Assembly (NCBI GenBank): GCA_964187785.1
Contig: OZ076409.1
Coordinates: 51,772,001-51,836,000, forward strand
Direction of reading: 5' to 3'
DNA length: 64,000 nucleotides
DNA from: Amphiscolops sp. MND2022
Lineage: Eukaryota
Position numbers and translations under genes: made by a program. Below are positions 50,132 through 62,189 of this stretch, piece by piece. Positions within the stretch are counted from its first letter, which is position 1; each line of letters starts with the position of its first letter. The notes beneath the pieces are model-generated. The model ran no database searches. It was not told the origin of the DNA and saw nothing but the letters and a program-made list of their open reading frames with translations.

Positions 50132-51276
50132 AAACAAGACGGAGACGTCTAAAGTCGGCGCTATATCTAAGGCTCAAAAAGCGGAGATTTGAAGTATGCA
50201 TAGGACATTTTCAAGAAAACTCCTGTTTTCGGACCTCCGCCTCCTCTTTACAAAAACGCAATGTAGTACGGGTATAATGTGAAAAGTTCGGATATAGCGC
50301 TTAACTTCGGATATTACGAGGGGGGACTTCAATAAAATCGAAGGGGGGACCCTTTGAAGACAAAAAAAATTTCGAAAAAGTCTCACAGGGCCAAAAAAAA
50401 TTGAAAGGGGACTCTTTAGTCTCATCCGGTTTTGTATGTTACGTTTAAAAGTAAAACCTGAAAGGGGCGACCCTTTGCGATAACTTAGATGCGTTTCCCA
50501 TGTATTCGTTTAGTTGAACAAACTAAACAAATATTTCGTCACTTCGAGTCTGTCTTAGAAAAAACAAGCCGGGACCGGCCCAAGTCGGCGCCATATCCAA
50601 GGCTCAAAAATAGCAAAAAGACTTCCAAGTGTCAAGTATTCGTTTACAGTAGCCGAAACTCGAAAATTTTTCGAAAATTTTTTTTTTGAAAAAATTACAT
50701 ACTAAAAAAATGGACCGAGTGGCGCGCTAACGTCTCACAATGCCGAAAAACTGAAAAGGGGGACCCTTTGAGGTTTTTCAACATCCATTCTGTCGCAAAA
50801 CATGAAAAAATTGAAGAAAAAAATTTTTTTATTTTCGGGAGAAAATCTCACAATGCCGAAAAAAACTGAAAGGAGGAACCCTTTGGGATTTTCCAACATC
50901 CATTCTGTCGCAAAACATCAAAAAAAATGCAGGGGGGACCCTTTGCGGAAAAAAAATTTCGAAAAAAAAATCCGAAAAAAATGTCTCGCAGTGCCGAAAA
51001 AAAATGAAAGGGGGGACTCTTTGGTCTCGCCCGGTATGATATGTTACGCGGAAAAACAGGTAAATTCATTTTGGTCCAGTTCGCTAGGCCAAATGGTGCT
51101 ATTTGACACCATAATATTTTGTAGAACTTTTAAGAACTATTTTGGTCAGTTCGTGTGGATTGAAAAAAAAAAAAAAAAGAAAAGTCACTATAATAGTCGC
51201 GTTTCACTTCATGAAGCGCCGACTAAAAACGAGTGACTAATAGTCGGGCTTTTATTAATAAAAGCGCCGACTAAAA
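50132..51276 (-). mobile_element. Two nested HINE-like elements (inner 50562-51228)
   Basis: Outer head aacaagacggagacgtctaaagtcggcgc at 50132; inner head aacaagccgggaccggcccaagtcggcgcc at 50562; two successive gcgccgactaaaa tails ending 51228 and 51276. Confidence 0.85.
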
Positions 51277-52070
51277 TACTATTCCCTACTGATCGCATGA
51301 AACAGTTGTGTTCCACCAGACTTTCACACATGTTAGAAGTTCTCAATCTCGGCGCTGAATTCATGTTTCCTTATGTCATGATTTTGCCCGCTGCAAATCT
51401 ATTGCAGTTTTACATATTTTTTCAATGATTCTAAGAGTTTTTAACATCCTCACTATTTTTGGAAGGCCAAAAACGGTATTTTTGACCAAACTACGGTTAG
51501 AATTACTTTAACGGCATGCTACAGCGTCAAAGCAGCACTTGAATTTTTCAACCTGCTTTTATCGCCAAACAAGGATACAAAGTCATATCTTGAAAATTAA
51601 ATAAGAAAACACGTGGTCAGAGTTTTTAGAGCTAGAATGACTCAGGGCGATGTGAATAATTTTAGACAAAACGTTGTTCACTTGAAAAGTCAACATTCAC
51701 TTCATTCTTTTTTCAAACTTTCCATTCATTCTAGAAGTCAGTTGAAATTTTTCAAAAACAATCCATCTCTGAGTAGCAAAAAATAGCTTTCACTAGCTAA
51801 AACCGGGCGTATAATTGTGGGGCGTATAATTCATATCTGGGAAAATATAATTTTTCGTGCGGCAGGACAGGTAGCATTACATTGAACAAGTGAGGTAATT
51901 GATGCGGCAGAGATGGATTCTGACGGATATGATTCCGATAAAACACAACCTGGGGACAGAGATTTCGACCCGTTTGCCGCAAGTTTGTTATCCGAAAACA
52001 CCAAAAAACTGATTCAATTTCAAATAATCTTTTGTTAAATTCTGTTTTAATTACACCTCGTGGTTTCTAA

Positions 52071-52185
52071 ATACATTAGAGTATATCGATTATACGCCCG
52101 AGGCAATAATACCCCACCTCGGGCGCAAGCGCACTCGGTCGGGCTTTAATTGCCTCGGGCGTATAATTGATATACTCTAATATAT
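52071..52185. mobile_element. Tiny foldback MITE (~115 bp)
   Basis: tagagtatatcgattatacgcccgaggcaat ... attgcctcgggcgtataattgatatactcta with a GC-rich spacer. Confidence 0.75.
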
Positions 52186-52683
52186 ACTTTTTGCACAAAC
52201 GATTTTTACAATGGAGGCAATCATTAACAAAACCGATGCAAATCCATATCGGAAGCGAAGTCTTATTTTAAGCACCAAAACTATTACAAAAGAGTGGCTG
52301 TTGGGTAAAGTACTGAAAATTGTTACGGGACGCCCGCTTACTGAGCGCCGAAAAATTTGCAACCCGTACAATTATAGCAACACCAATCTCAACGGTCGCG
52401 TGTAGTGAAAGTATGGAATTGCAAAAAACCATCTTACTTTTTTGGGAAAAGAATTTCAATTTATCTAACAAAGAGTATGCTAACTACTTCGGTAATTTGT
52501 TGTTGATCACTGCGGATGATCACATACCCACAAAATCCATTCAAAAAATGTAAACTACATGCCTTAAACAGTTGATAGCCGAGAGAAGGAAGGAAATTTC
52601 ATTCCCAAATTTACTGCAGCCATGTTTTTGGTTCTCAGGACCAAATCATTACGCTGATGAAGAACTTGCTTAAAGCCATCTAA

Positions 52684-52755
52684 TGGTGAGGTGAGAGAGA
52701 TTCGAACCTGATAACTCACCAGTACAGGCCTGATGGTCTAAACGCTACATTATCA
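52684..52755 (-). other. tRNA-derived (SINE-like) fragment, degenerate
   Basis: Reverse complement reads ...caggttcgaatctctctcacctcacca (B-box plus CCA); a full cloverleaf is not supported. Confidence 0.35.
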
Positions 52756-54142
52756 TCCCGAAAAAAATTGACATTTCATTCACCTGCATTTTGCGAAAAT
52801 TCACAATTTCTAAAAAATAATCTCTGTAGCTAAGTTTTGATTTCCAACTTTAAGGATCTCCATACCCAGAAAAATATGCATAAAATTGCAAAAATAGCAT
52901 AAAACTCGCTTTTGAGCTGTGAAATTTAATACCCACCAAAACATTCGACCATTGTTCGAAAAATGCTCAACACAATCGAAGCTGGAAGTAATTACGATTT
53001 CAAGGTCATATTCGAGCACTTTTTAGAACAAATTCAAATTCTCTTCAAAAACGAATTTAGAAAGCTAGAAAATACAAAAAGAACAAAGTGTATATTTCGG
53101 AACAGTATATTTATAGCAGTTCCATTTTTCAAAAAAGGCTTTGGCCGGGCTACCACTAAGCCCACTGGCTTCTAAGGAAATGAAATGAAAGTTTATTATT
53201 ATTTTCCGCCCACATATATATAATGGGGAAGGAAAACCATAATCTGTGTTGCGTTTTTTTCCAAATTCTGCAAATCACCACGATATCCCGGTGCATAGCG
53301 AGCGTCTTGTTTATATATACTTTGAAAAGATACGATTTCATCTCAATTTTTATGAGAAAAAAATAAATTTACATCCAGCCAGGAGAGAAGATTAGCTTAA
53401 GCAACTCTTCTAGCCTCTCAATTTAATATAAATAGCATAAAGGGAAATGTTGCAAAGCAATTTATGTCAATTTGTTTTTCTTAAGGGATTATCTTTCGGA
53501 TTGAAAAACGAAATGTTTTTGAATCTTCAGAATATTCAGAAAAAGGTTTCATTAATGTCACTTCCGTTTACGTTTCTACCGTAAAACAAGAATTATTTTG
53601 TCCAATTCCAATGCATTCAAAAAATTCTCGAAAGTCAAAATGTCAAAAAGCAGGAACCCTTTAGACTCCAAATTGCTTTTCCTAAGTGAAAATAATGCAA
53701 GGGCGCAGTGGCACTGCAATATTTTACGAATACTATTAAAATAAAATTTCCAAGGGCGGACCTTTCAAGGAAGACTTTTTTCAAGTGAAAACACAAAAAC
53801 CCAAATTTGTTTTTTTTCCAAAAACAATTTGTTTGGACATTAGAGCACTCGTAATCACCCAAAGGTTAAACCCTTTATGCTCAAAAAACGCGTTTTCTAA
53901 ACTGAAAATATCAAACAAAATCGAAGCAGCGAACCTCTAGTGCTGAGAAAAAATTCATTCGTTGAAATTCACACAGAGGCAAAAAACCGTTGACTTTTTC
54001 AATTATTGAAAAAAAATCATCAGTCCAACAGGACCAAAACATAACCAAAGAGGTCACCTTTAAGACACGGGCACGATTTTCCTTAACAGAAAACAAAAAA
54101 GTGAAAACATTTTTTTGGTAAGTAGCACAGCAAAAACCTTAA

Positions 54143-54701
54143 CCCCAATGAACCTAGTGATGCTTTAAAGCAGCCTACCTTTTTTCCAAATTCCGATTCC
54201 TTTTGCCAGTATCCCATTTTCTCTAGCACAGTTTTTTTTCAACAAATAATTAGTACCTAGATTGATTTGAATGAGACAAGCATTAGAAAAACGGAATATG
54301 TCTCCAAAGCTAAGAAAAATGTTTTTTTTTGCACAAAAAATGTTATATTTTCCCAAAATTCAGTTTTTGACGAAATCAAGTTTTCTCAAAAGTCTTTGAT
54401 CAATAGAAAAAACCAACCACAAATCCTTCCACAGCAAGTCCTGGTGCAACAAACCCAAAAGATATTTTGTTGTTACTACAAGCCGCCGCGCAGCGGTGGT
54501 ACCGGAAAAAGAGAGTAAAATTCTGAAGGAAGGGGCGCGCTGCGACAGGGGCTCAGCTGACCAAAATGAAAGCCCAATATCAGACCTTTCAAACGCGCTA
54601 TAGATCGTTCCTCTGGTACACGTAGTTGTGCAGATATTGATGATTGAAATTTTTTTGGCAGTTTTTTTGAAAATTTTAAAAAACGCCCAGGTCAATTGGG
54701 G
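54143..54701. mobile_element. piggyBac-type MITE, copy 1
   Basis: ttaa|CCCCAATGAACCTAG ... CCAGGTCAATTGGGG|ttaa (TTAA TSD, CCC...GGG ends); near-identical to 56025-56558. Confidence 0.85.
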
Positions 54702-56024
54702 TTAAGGGCCCTCCGTGCTCGTAAAACGCTTTGTTTCTTGCTAAAAATCAAAAGGTATGTCGGTCATAAAAATCATGAAGCAAGTCACAGAGAGGGGCAT
54801 CCTTTACCTTTGGTCTATCCTTCACCTTTCCCAGCATAGAAAAGTAATGGCATGTTTTCTGAGAAAAAACACTTTTCAGTAGTATGGAAAAACGCCTTTC
54901 CATGGGTTCGATTAACCAATCGACTTTTTCTCTTTAGCTTTGCGTTTTCACAAAATCGTTGAAAAACTTGGGAAAACGCATTATTATTCTTTGGTGTCAA
55001 CAAGTAGGCCCCAGATGACATCAATACACGGAATTTTTAACCCCAAGCAATTGATCTGCTGGAATGCTCCTAATACCTTAATTAATTCCTAGCATAAGAT
55101 TTGCTGGAAAATTCAACAAAATCGCCCAAACTTCCACTGCCTAGCTCCTTCATAGCAAATTTAAGCTAATGTAGATTTAACTTCAAGCGTTTACAAATTG
55201 CAGGCGTCATGTTCGGAAACAAAATTTCCCCGGCGTAAGATCTAAAGGGGGTCAAAATGACTCAAAGAGCCTCCTTACCATTTTCAATATAAAGAAAGAT
55301 TACAAGGCTATATGTAGGTCTATCTCCGACAATAGGCAACTTTTTTCGAGAAAAAAAACATTTCACAAAAGGGTTTTACTTTATTTCTAAAATGTTTTAG
55401 AAGTTTTAAAGCCCAACAGGTCGCACCTGTGAATTTTCTCAGCACTTTGTGATTGAGAAATTTTCCAGAAACAGCTCCTTAACGTTTCAAAGTACATCCG
55501 CTTTTTGAGCCTCAAGCGAGGCGGTGATTTATGCCGTTCCCGCTCATTCTTCACCCTTTCGGTGCAGTTTTTCTAATGCTGTTGCTCGAAATGAACTTCA
55601 AACTGCTGGCTCTATGAAAAAATATGTCAAGTAATTTGTCGTTGAACTTTGATTTTTTAGACCCATGAATATTCAACAATTGCATAAAATGTTCGATAAT
55701 TAGAAATTTTCGCTTTTTCAGTTTAAATGCATTTAGGCGCATTTTTCATTCATGCATTTTTCGAAAAAAAGGAACAGCAAAATTTGGGGGAAGAAACAGC
55801 GGAGAGATTATTTTTTACATGGAAATTTGGACGGAAAATGTATTACATAAAACGGATGGAAATTGTATGAAGATAACATTACTTGGTCTAATACATAAAT
55901 ACTGTTAACAATGGTAATTACCATTATTACAATGTTTCTATGAACTGTTCAAAAAAAGCCTATCGGATCCCTTGGATTAGCCGCAAATTTTATTCCTACT
56001 GTTCAAAAAAAACGTATTGCTTAA

Positions 56025-56558
56025 ACCCAATGAACCTAGTGGTGCTTTAAAGCAGCCTACCTTTTTTCCAAATTCTAACTCCTTTTGCCAGTATCCCATT
56101 TTCTCTAGCACAGTTTTTTTCAACAAATAATTAGTACCTAGATTGATTTGAATGAGACAAGCATTAGAAAAACGGAATATGTCTCCAAAGCTAAGAAAAA
56201 TGTTTTTTTTTGCACAAAAAATGTTATATTTTCCCAAAATTCAGTTTTTGACGAAATCAAGTTTTCTCAAAAGTCTTTGATCAATAGAAAAAACCAACCA
56301 CAAATCCTTCCACAGCAAGTCCTGGTGCAACAAATCCAAAAGATATTTTGTTGTTACTACAAGCCGCCGCGCAGCGGTGGTACCGGAAAAAGAGTAAAAT
56401 TCTGAAGGAAGGGGCGCGCTGCGACAGGGGCTCAGCTGACCAAAATGAAAGCCCAATATCAAAACTTTCAAACGCGCTACAGTTCGTTCTTCTGGTACGC
56501 GTAGTTGTGGAGATAATGATGATTGAAAATTTCAAAAAAACGCCCAGGTCAATTGGGG
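56025..56558. mobile_element. piggyBac-type MITE, copy 2
   Basis: ttaa|acccaatgaacctag ... ccaggtcaattgggg|ttaa; direct repeat of 54143-54701. Confidence 0.85.
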
Positions 56559-57468
56559 TTAATCGAAGGCAGATTTCGTTTTTGAAGCCCAAGAAGCTAT
56601 TTTAAAACTAGAATTTCCAGAAATTGTTTTTAAATCAACAATTGCAAGTATACCCGACATGAAAGTTCAGACATTTGTAGTGGAGAATTTAATTCTGAAA
56701 TATCGTCTCTTCGGCAACTTCGAAGATGAGTGGCTTTTTGAGCACAGTCTCAAGAAAATTACAATTGCAGTTCAAAATTTCAACCTTTTCCATAATTCAA
56801 AATCATGCTCAATAATGCACATTATTTGGGAAAGCAGCTACATCTTAGTCTCTCTAAAGCCTGCTTGTAAAAAACATTAGTCAAGGTTTGAATTACATTC
56901 AACCAACATTACATGGATTGATAATTTTTGAAAACTGAAGCTATCGAGTATAAAACAATCGCCATGTTATAACAATTTGAAGCCCCACAATCAACATTTA
57001 CAGAATAATAAACTTTTTTCTCTCATTATGTCAATTTTTCTCCAGTTCTCATTCGACTCTGTTTCTCAATGTAATCGCTAACGAAATGAATCATAAAAGA
57101 AACCATCAACGCATACAGCAAAGCAGTTCGCAACTAGTAAAGGACAAAGGGCATGTTTCATTGGTTTGGGGAGAAAATACTTAAAACATCAAAACAGAAA
57201 GTTAACAAAAAACAACATTTTGAAAGCGAGCCCAAGGCTGCATTCGTAGTTTTATAGCGTCATAAAATGACAATAGTTCCGGTGGTTCGTTTGTACGAGT
57301 TCGCAAGAATTGAAAAATTAAAGGCAATTAGTCAGGCAAGCTTGTCGTCTCCAAACAGCTACGCCATTCAGCAATTTGATTGGTTGAATTGGACACCCCT
57401 TTGTGAGAAAGTAGTGTAAATGAACCAAGCCAAACCCCTGCCGACCAGTTGTTCCTGAAAGTGTAGCG

Positions 57469-58434
57469 TCAGAGGGTGTAGACAGCTCTGAGCACACTGC
57501 TACACTGCAATTGGGCTGCTTTGTGGGTCTGAAACAAACGACAATGTCACCAAACGTCATTCACCTTCGCATGGTATCATTTCCACAATACTTGACATTC
57601 TGAGGTTTTGTGATTGAGAATTTGTAACCCGGGGCCAATTTTAGGTTCGGAGCCCGTTGAAAACTTTGAAAAAAACACCAGAGATCAAAGTTTTTAGAAT
57701 ATCATGTAGTTTACATTAATGTTTTTCAAAAAAATCTGTGACAAAAGTTTTGAAGTTAGAATTAGCTAATTTTGAGCAAAATTGATGCCTATCGCCAATT
57801 TTCAATTTTTGACCGTTTTTCCATAAGCCTGCTTAAAGCTGAGAAAACATCTGAAATGCTGTCTGCGCCTGAAAAAATACTTGAGCCACTCAAAACTGAA
57901 AGCAAATGAACAATTTTAATCGTACGGACGCTCATCATATGGGGAGACGATTTCTTGATCAAGAGACTGTAATGACTAAATTTAAAGTTTGAATCATTTG
58001 AATTTTTGAAAAATTGTTTTTGCTGATCTTTTGAGTCACCGTAGTTTTGAGATCTGTAACACCAACAATGACTTTACCGCCAAAAACAGATCATAGAACT
58101 TTTATAGAAATCAACTTAGAAAGAAAAATCAGAAACCTGCGACAGTTTACTCACCTGGAAACTGATAGTCATATTGGGGGGTAGCATTAGTCTGGACTTG
58201 AAAGTTTTCCTGAAACGGCAGAAACATTCAAGGTTTAACCCCCCATCGGATACTGGGCGAATCATAGCTAGCATTTAATGTCATGTCTAGTTACCCTATA
58301 GAGTTGGCTGGTTCTTGATCGCAGGTAGTTGTCCATACAGCCACTCGGTTGCATTTGGCTCTGATACTGACTACGGCTCCCACTACATACTCGCCCACAT
58401 CATCTTCGAACCCTTCGCCAATCATCAGCAGTAC
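57469..58434 (-). CDS. eIF4E: Eukaryotic translation initiation factor 4E family, C-terminal three exons (5' exons not found in the window)
   Basis: Exons 58434-58295, 58209-58155 and 57528-57469 splice in frame via GT-AG introns to VLLMIGEGFEDDVGEYVVGAVVSIRAKCNRVAVWTTTCDQEPANSIG|KTFKSRLMLPPNMTISFQ|THKAAQLQCSSVLRAVYTL*, matching the eIF4E C-terminal half (LIGE, GAVV.R, W166). Confidence 0.88.
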
Positions 58435-58699
58435 CTGCAAATAAGGGTTCCTTCTCACTCAACATACACTCCGAAAAATTCCAAAAAAAAACAAGACATG
58501 GGATCTAACTGTTATTTTCCCAGAGAGTAACCAGAAATACTGATAATCGTCTCGTATTTCGTTTCAAAATAAAATTAGCTTACCGATATGTATTTTAGTA
58601 CCGATCCATGTTCGGCTACATAGACTAGCCTTTCAAATTTTCGATAGCTTTTCATGCGAAATTATGAAGTGCTCTGCGGAAAATTTTCATGTAAGAAGC

Positions 58700-60600
58700 A
58701 GGGTCGTCCATAAATTGGAATCCAATAATAGCCAGTACTTCCAAGAACACCTCATTGGCAATAACAGATATGACATATGCCGACAGCCTTCTTTCCTTGC
58801 ATGCTACGTCTTCCTACGTGTGACTTAGTTCTGAGGCATGCTACAAAAACATCAACTGCCAGAAAATTGCCAAGTATTAAGCGGACAAAGCGCCATGCCA
58901 TGCAAGTCAATGACGATGTATGGGCTAATCTGAGAGCAATTACGTGACACTACACAAATAGTATGTTGACGATGGCTATGCGCAACTGCGCCATTAGCGC
59001 ATCTTTACGGACCAAAAAAAGACGTCAATGGAAAATGCTCAATTTAAATCCTTTCGAAACGAAAATTTGCGAATGTCTTTAATCACAGAAACTAGGGAGT
59101 TCATTTGTAAAGACCACACTTTTGAAGCTCAAGAAATGACTAAAGAATGGACGATAATGTTTTGCGGAAGGATTGAAAAGCCTTATTAGAGCAAAGACTA
59201 CTTGGAAATGTAAAAACAAGCGCTTAGGTACTTAGACAATGAATCAGGAAGCATGTATAGAGCCACATCCAACGAGCATGGGAGACATGACACACATAAA
59301 GGGAAAAGAGTGCTGTTATATAACATTTAAGCGTGTTTGAAAATAGTTACGAATACGCGTGTTACCGTAAATGGTTAGGAAAACACCTTAGTGCGTATCA
59401 ATCTTTCAAAAAACCTTTGAAATACTCTTCAATATAACGAAACAAAATCTGTTCTTTTGCCGTTTGAGTCGAGACACGTAGGAAAAACCCAAATGCAGTC
59501 TTTTCAGTCACAGAAAGCTAGAAAATTTTGTGGCATGTTTCCTTGAACGAGCTCTAATTGCGTTGTGGCTAAAGAGTTGAACATCTATGTTCATTATTTC
59601 TGAAACGAATGGCGCTGAAAAGGCATTTGAAAGCGCTTAAACAAAGAAAAGCTCTTCGCATTTTATTCTACCAAGTAGTCGCCAAATACCAATTGAGCGC
59701 ATGAAATTCTTACTTTGACTTCACTAGATATTCCGAAAATTATACCCGAAAAACCTCATCTAGAAAAGACGTCGAAACAAGACGAAACAGATTTTACATA
59801 TTGGATTCAATTGTATCAGGGAGTTCCACAGAGCACACCTCGCTGGCCTCTATTATTCAATATTTATGTAAACAGCATGCAACAAGAAAGCATCACTCAA
59901 TATTTGAAGTGGGATCTTTTGATGATCTTTTCTGTTAATTAACCCCATGCCCCCCCCCCAGGTAAGCGGTCAAGAGAAATTATTGATTTAATCGTAAAAA
60001 CCTATCAAATTATGCAGTATTTGAAATTTTAACTAACTGCAACTGAAGCTGGGGAATTAAAATTTTTGCGCTTACTGTAGGGGGAATAAACAGAAAAGAT
60101 CGTCAGTAGTATGCTGATGGTACTTTCGTTTTGTTGCTGCAAAATAATGAAATCTTACAATCATCGGCTCATTTTCTGATACTTTGCTTACTTGGTTAGA
60201 GTATTGTAAAATGACAAGTTATACATTCTTTCGGAAGACTCTCGTTCTTTTGGGGCATTCAAGATCTAAGTAATTAGTTCAAGGAAAATACCAAACAACT
60301 CAACAAACTAAACATCTAAGAATATCAACTTTTCAATGTTCAACTTGAACAGAAACTATTCCAAGGTTACATAAGTTCGCCCTATCATTGAACTCTGAAT
60401 TATTTAGAATAGAACTTCCATCGTTAACAGAATAGAATAACTTCAGCATTGACAGAAATCAATTTTCGCGCGTTATCGGATGAATATTAATATTGATGAA
60501 AAAGTTTGTCTACTGCAAACCTTCCTAAAACCACGGCGGAAAACGTCAAACATTAATAAAATGTAGAAAAGCATTAACAGAGTATACCGATTGTTTCAAT
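58700..60600 (+). mobile_element. Heavily decayed CR1/L2-type LINE reverse transcriptase remnant
   Basis: WIQLYQGVPQSTPRWPLLFNIYVNSM at ~59800-59880 is a decayed GVPQG..LGPLLF.IY.N motif; boundaries approximate. Confidence 0.55.
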
Positions 60601-62189
60601 TATTTGGGCATTTACTGGACCAAAAAACTTTGTCCGAGAAACAGAAAAACATCCTTATCCAGCTGTCCTGTTAAATTTAACTAACGAAAATCTCATCTCA
60701 TTTTTTGGAGAACAGTTGAATTGGACAGTAAAAGCATGCTTCTAAAGAACAAAATTCAATTCCTAAGAAAATATCAAAGAAAAACAAGTTCCTCACAAAT
60801 CATAGCAGTTGCAAAATTTTGCAAACTGGAGAACGGATTTTGTTAACTCTTCGCTACAGCGACATTCTAAGAGGAAAACAGATCCGATCAATTGATATAC
60901 ACTCTTTGCCAAAACACAATTCATGAAAACGTTTTCAAACGTGTTATATCCCTATGGAGCTACTTGCCACCAGAGTTGGTAACAAAGATCTCTTACAAGC
61001 GAGCTGACGGGTTCCTATGAGCCTTTCTATATATATTGATGTTATATCTACTTTTGACCTTATATCGAAGCAATTTGTGTTTTACTAAGGAGGAAGCGGA
61101 GGTTCGAATCTCATCAGATTCGATGTTTCGTTCCAAAATTGAAAGAAAAGCTCACTATATCTAAATTTTTGACCTTATATCCGACGTAACCGATTTTTCT
61201 GGTTGGAATAAAAGCAAAAAAAAACCTTTTAGGCTCAAAGGGGTCCCTTTGTATTATATGTATTTTCTGCAGTGATCTGGTAATGTTCATTTGCTTTTGT
61301 TCAGATATCAGTTGTAATCGTAAATGTCCAATTGTCATACTGTAGGACTGCAAAAGGATACATATTCCTTGTGTTCCATAGATTTATCGATTTTTTGGCT
61401 TGAAATTAACAAAGTTCTGCAGACATTCAGGGTGCAACCTTTGTTTCTGGGTCCAATCCCTATTTTATCAATTTAAGCTCGAAGCGCTGTTTTCTACAGT
61501 TTATCATTCCGCTTGATCGCGATGGCGTGATGTTTCCAACATTTCTCCAATCCTGACAACCACTCCGCTTGAACCTTGAGCAGGGTGCCCACTGGGGCCG
61601 TTCCCGACTTGTTGAGAAACCAAGCTTTGATTCGATGTTTATTGAAGGAATTCGGTGTTTTTTAAGTTATTGGGATGTCACATTCAGCAAGCCAGGAAAA
61701 AACTGTCTCGAGACTTCACGCTGGTTCCAAATGTCAACGCAAAAAGTTCAAAGCAAGTACATGCACTTACGCATAGACATTTGTTGCGCACATTTTTTCA
61801 CCAACATATAATCAGTGAGGTTTCGCACCAAAAGAAAATCTGTTGAGTTGTATTTCGGACTCCAGACGTTCAAATTGTAGGCCCAATAAACGTTAAGTAT
61901 GTGACGTTCGAAAAAATTCGTTACAGTATGACCATTTCAGTTGAATTCGCTTCTCAGCGAATACACTATATCCTCGCTAAAACATTACATGATTTCATTT
62001 GGCTGTATAACTAACGCCTCCATAACGGAATTGTGTTTATAACGGACGAAAACTTTACCTCCCAAACACAAAAAGTAAGTTTATAAAACGGACCACGACA
62101 CGATATGAAGGTCATGAAACAGAATTCCATAAGCAGAAAAACTGATTTCTTTAGGATGGTACTTCCAATCAGGAAATAGTGTCATTTTC

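Noticed and set aside
60955..61010. Candidate upstream eIF4E exon (QLWWQV)
   Set aside because: No in-phase donor giving W-x-x-T before VLLMIGE and no WED/GGRW motif; the 5' exons probably lie beyond the window.
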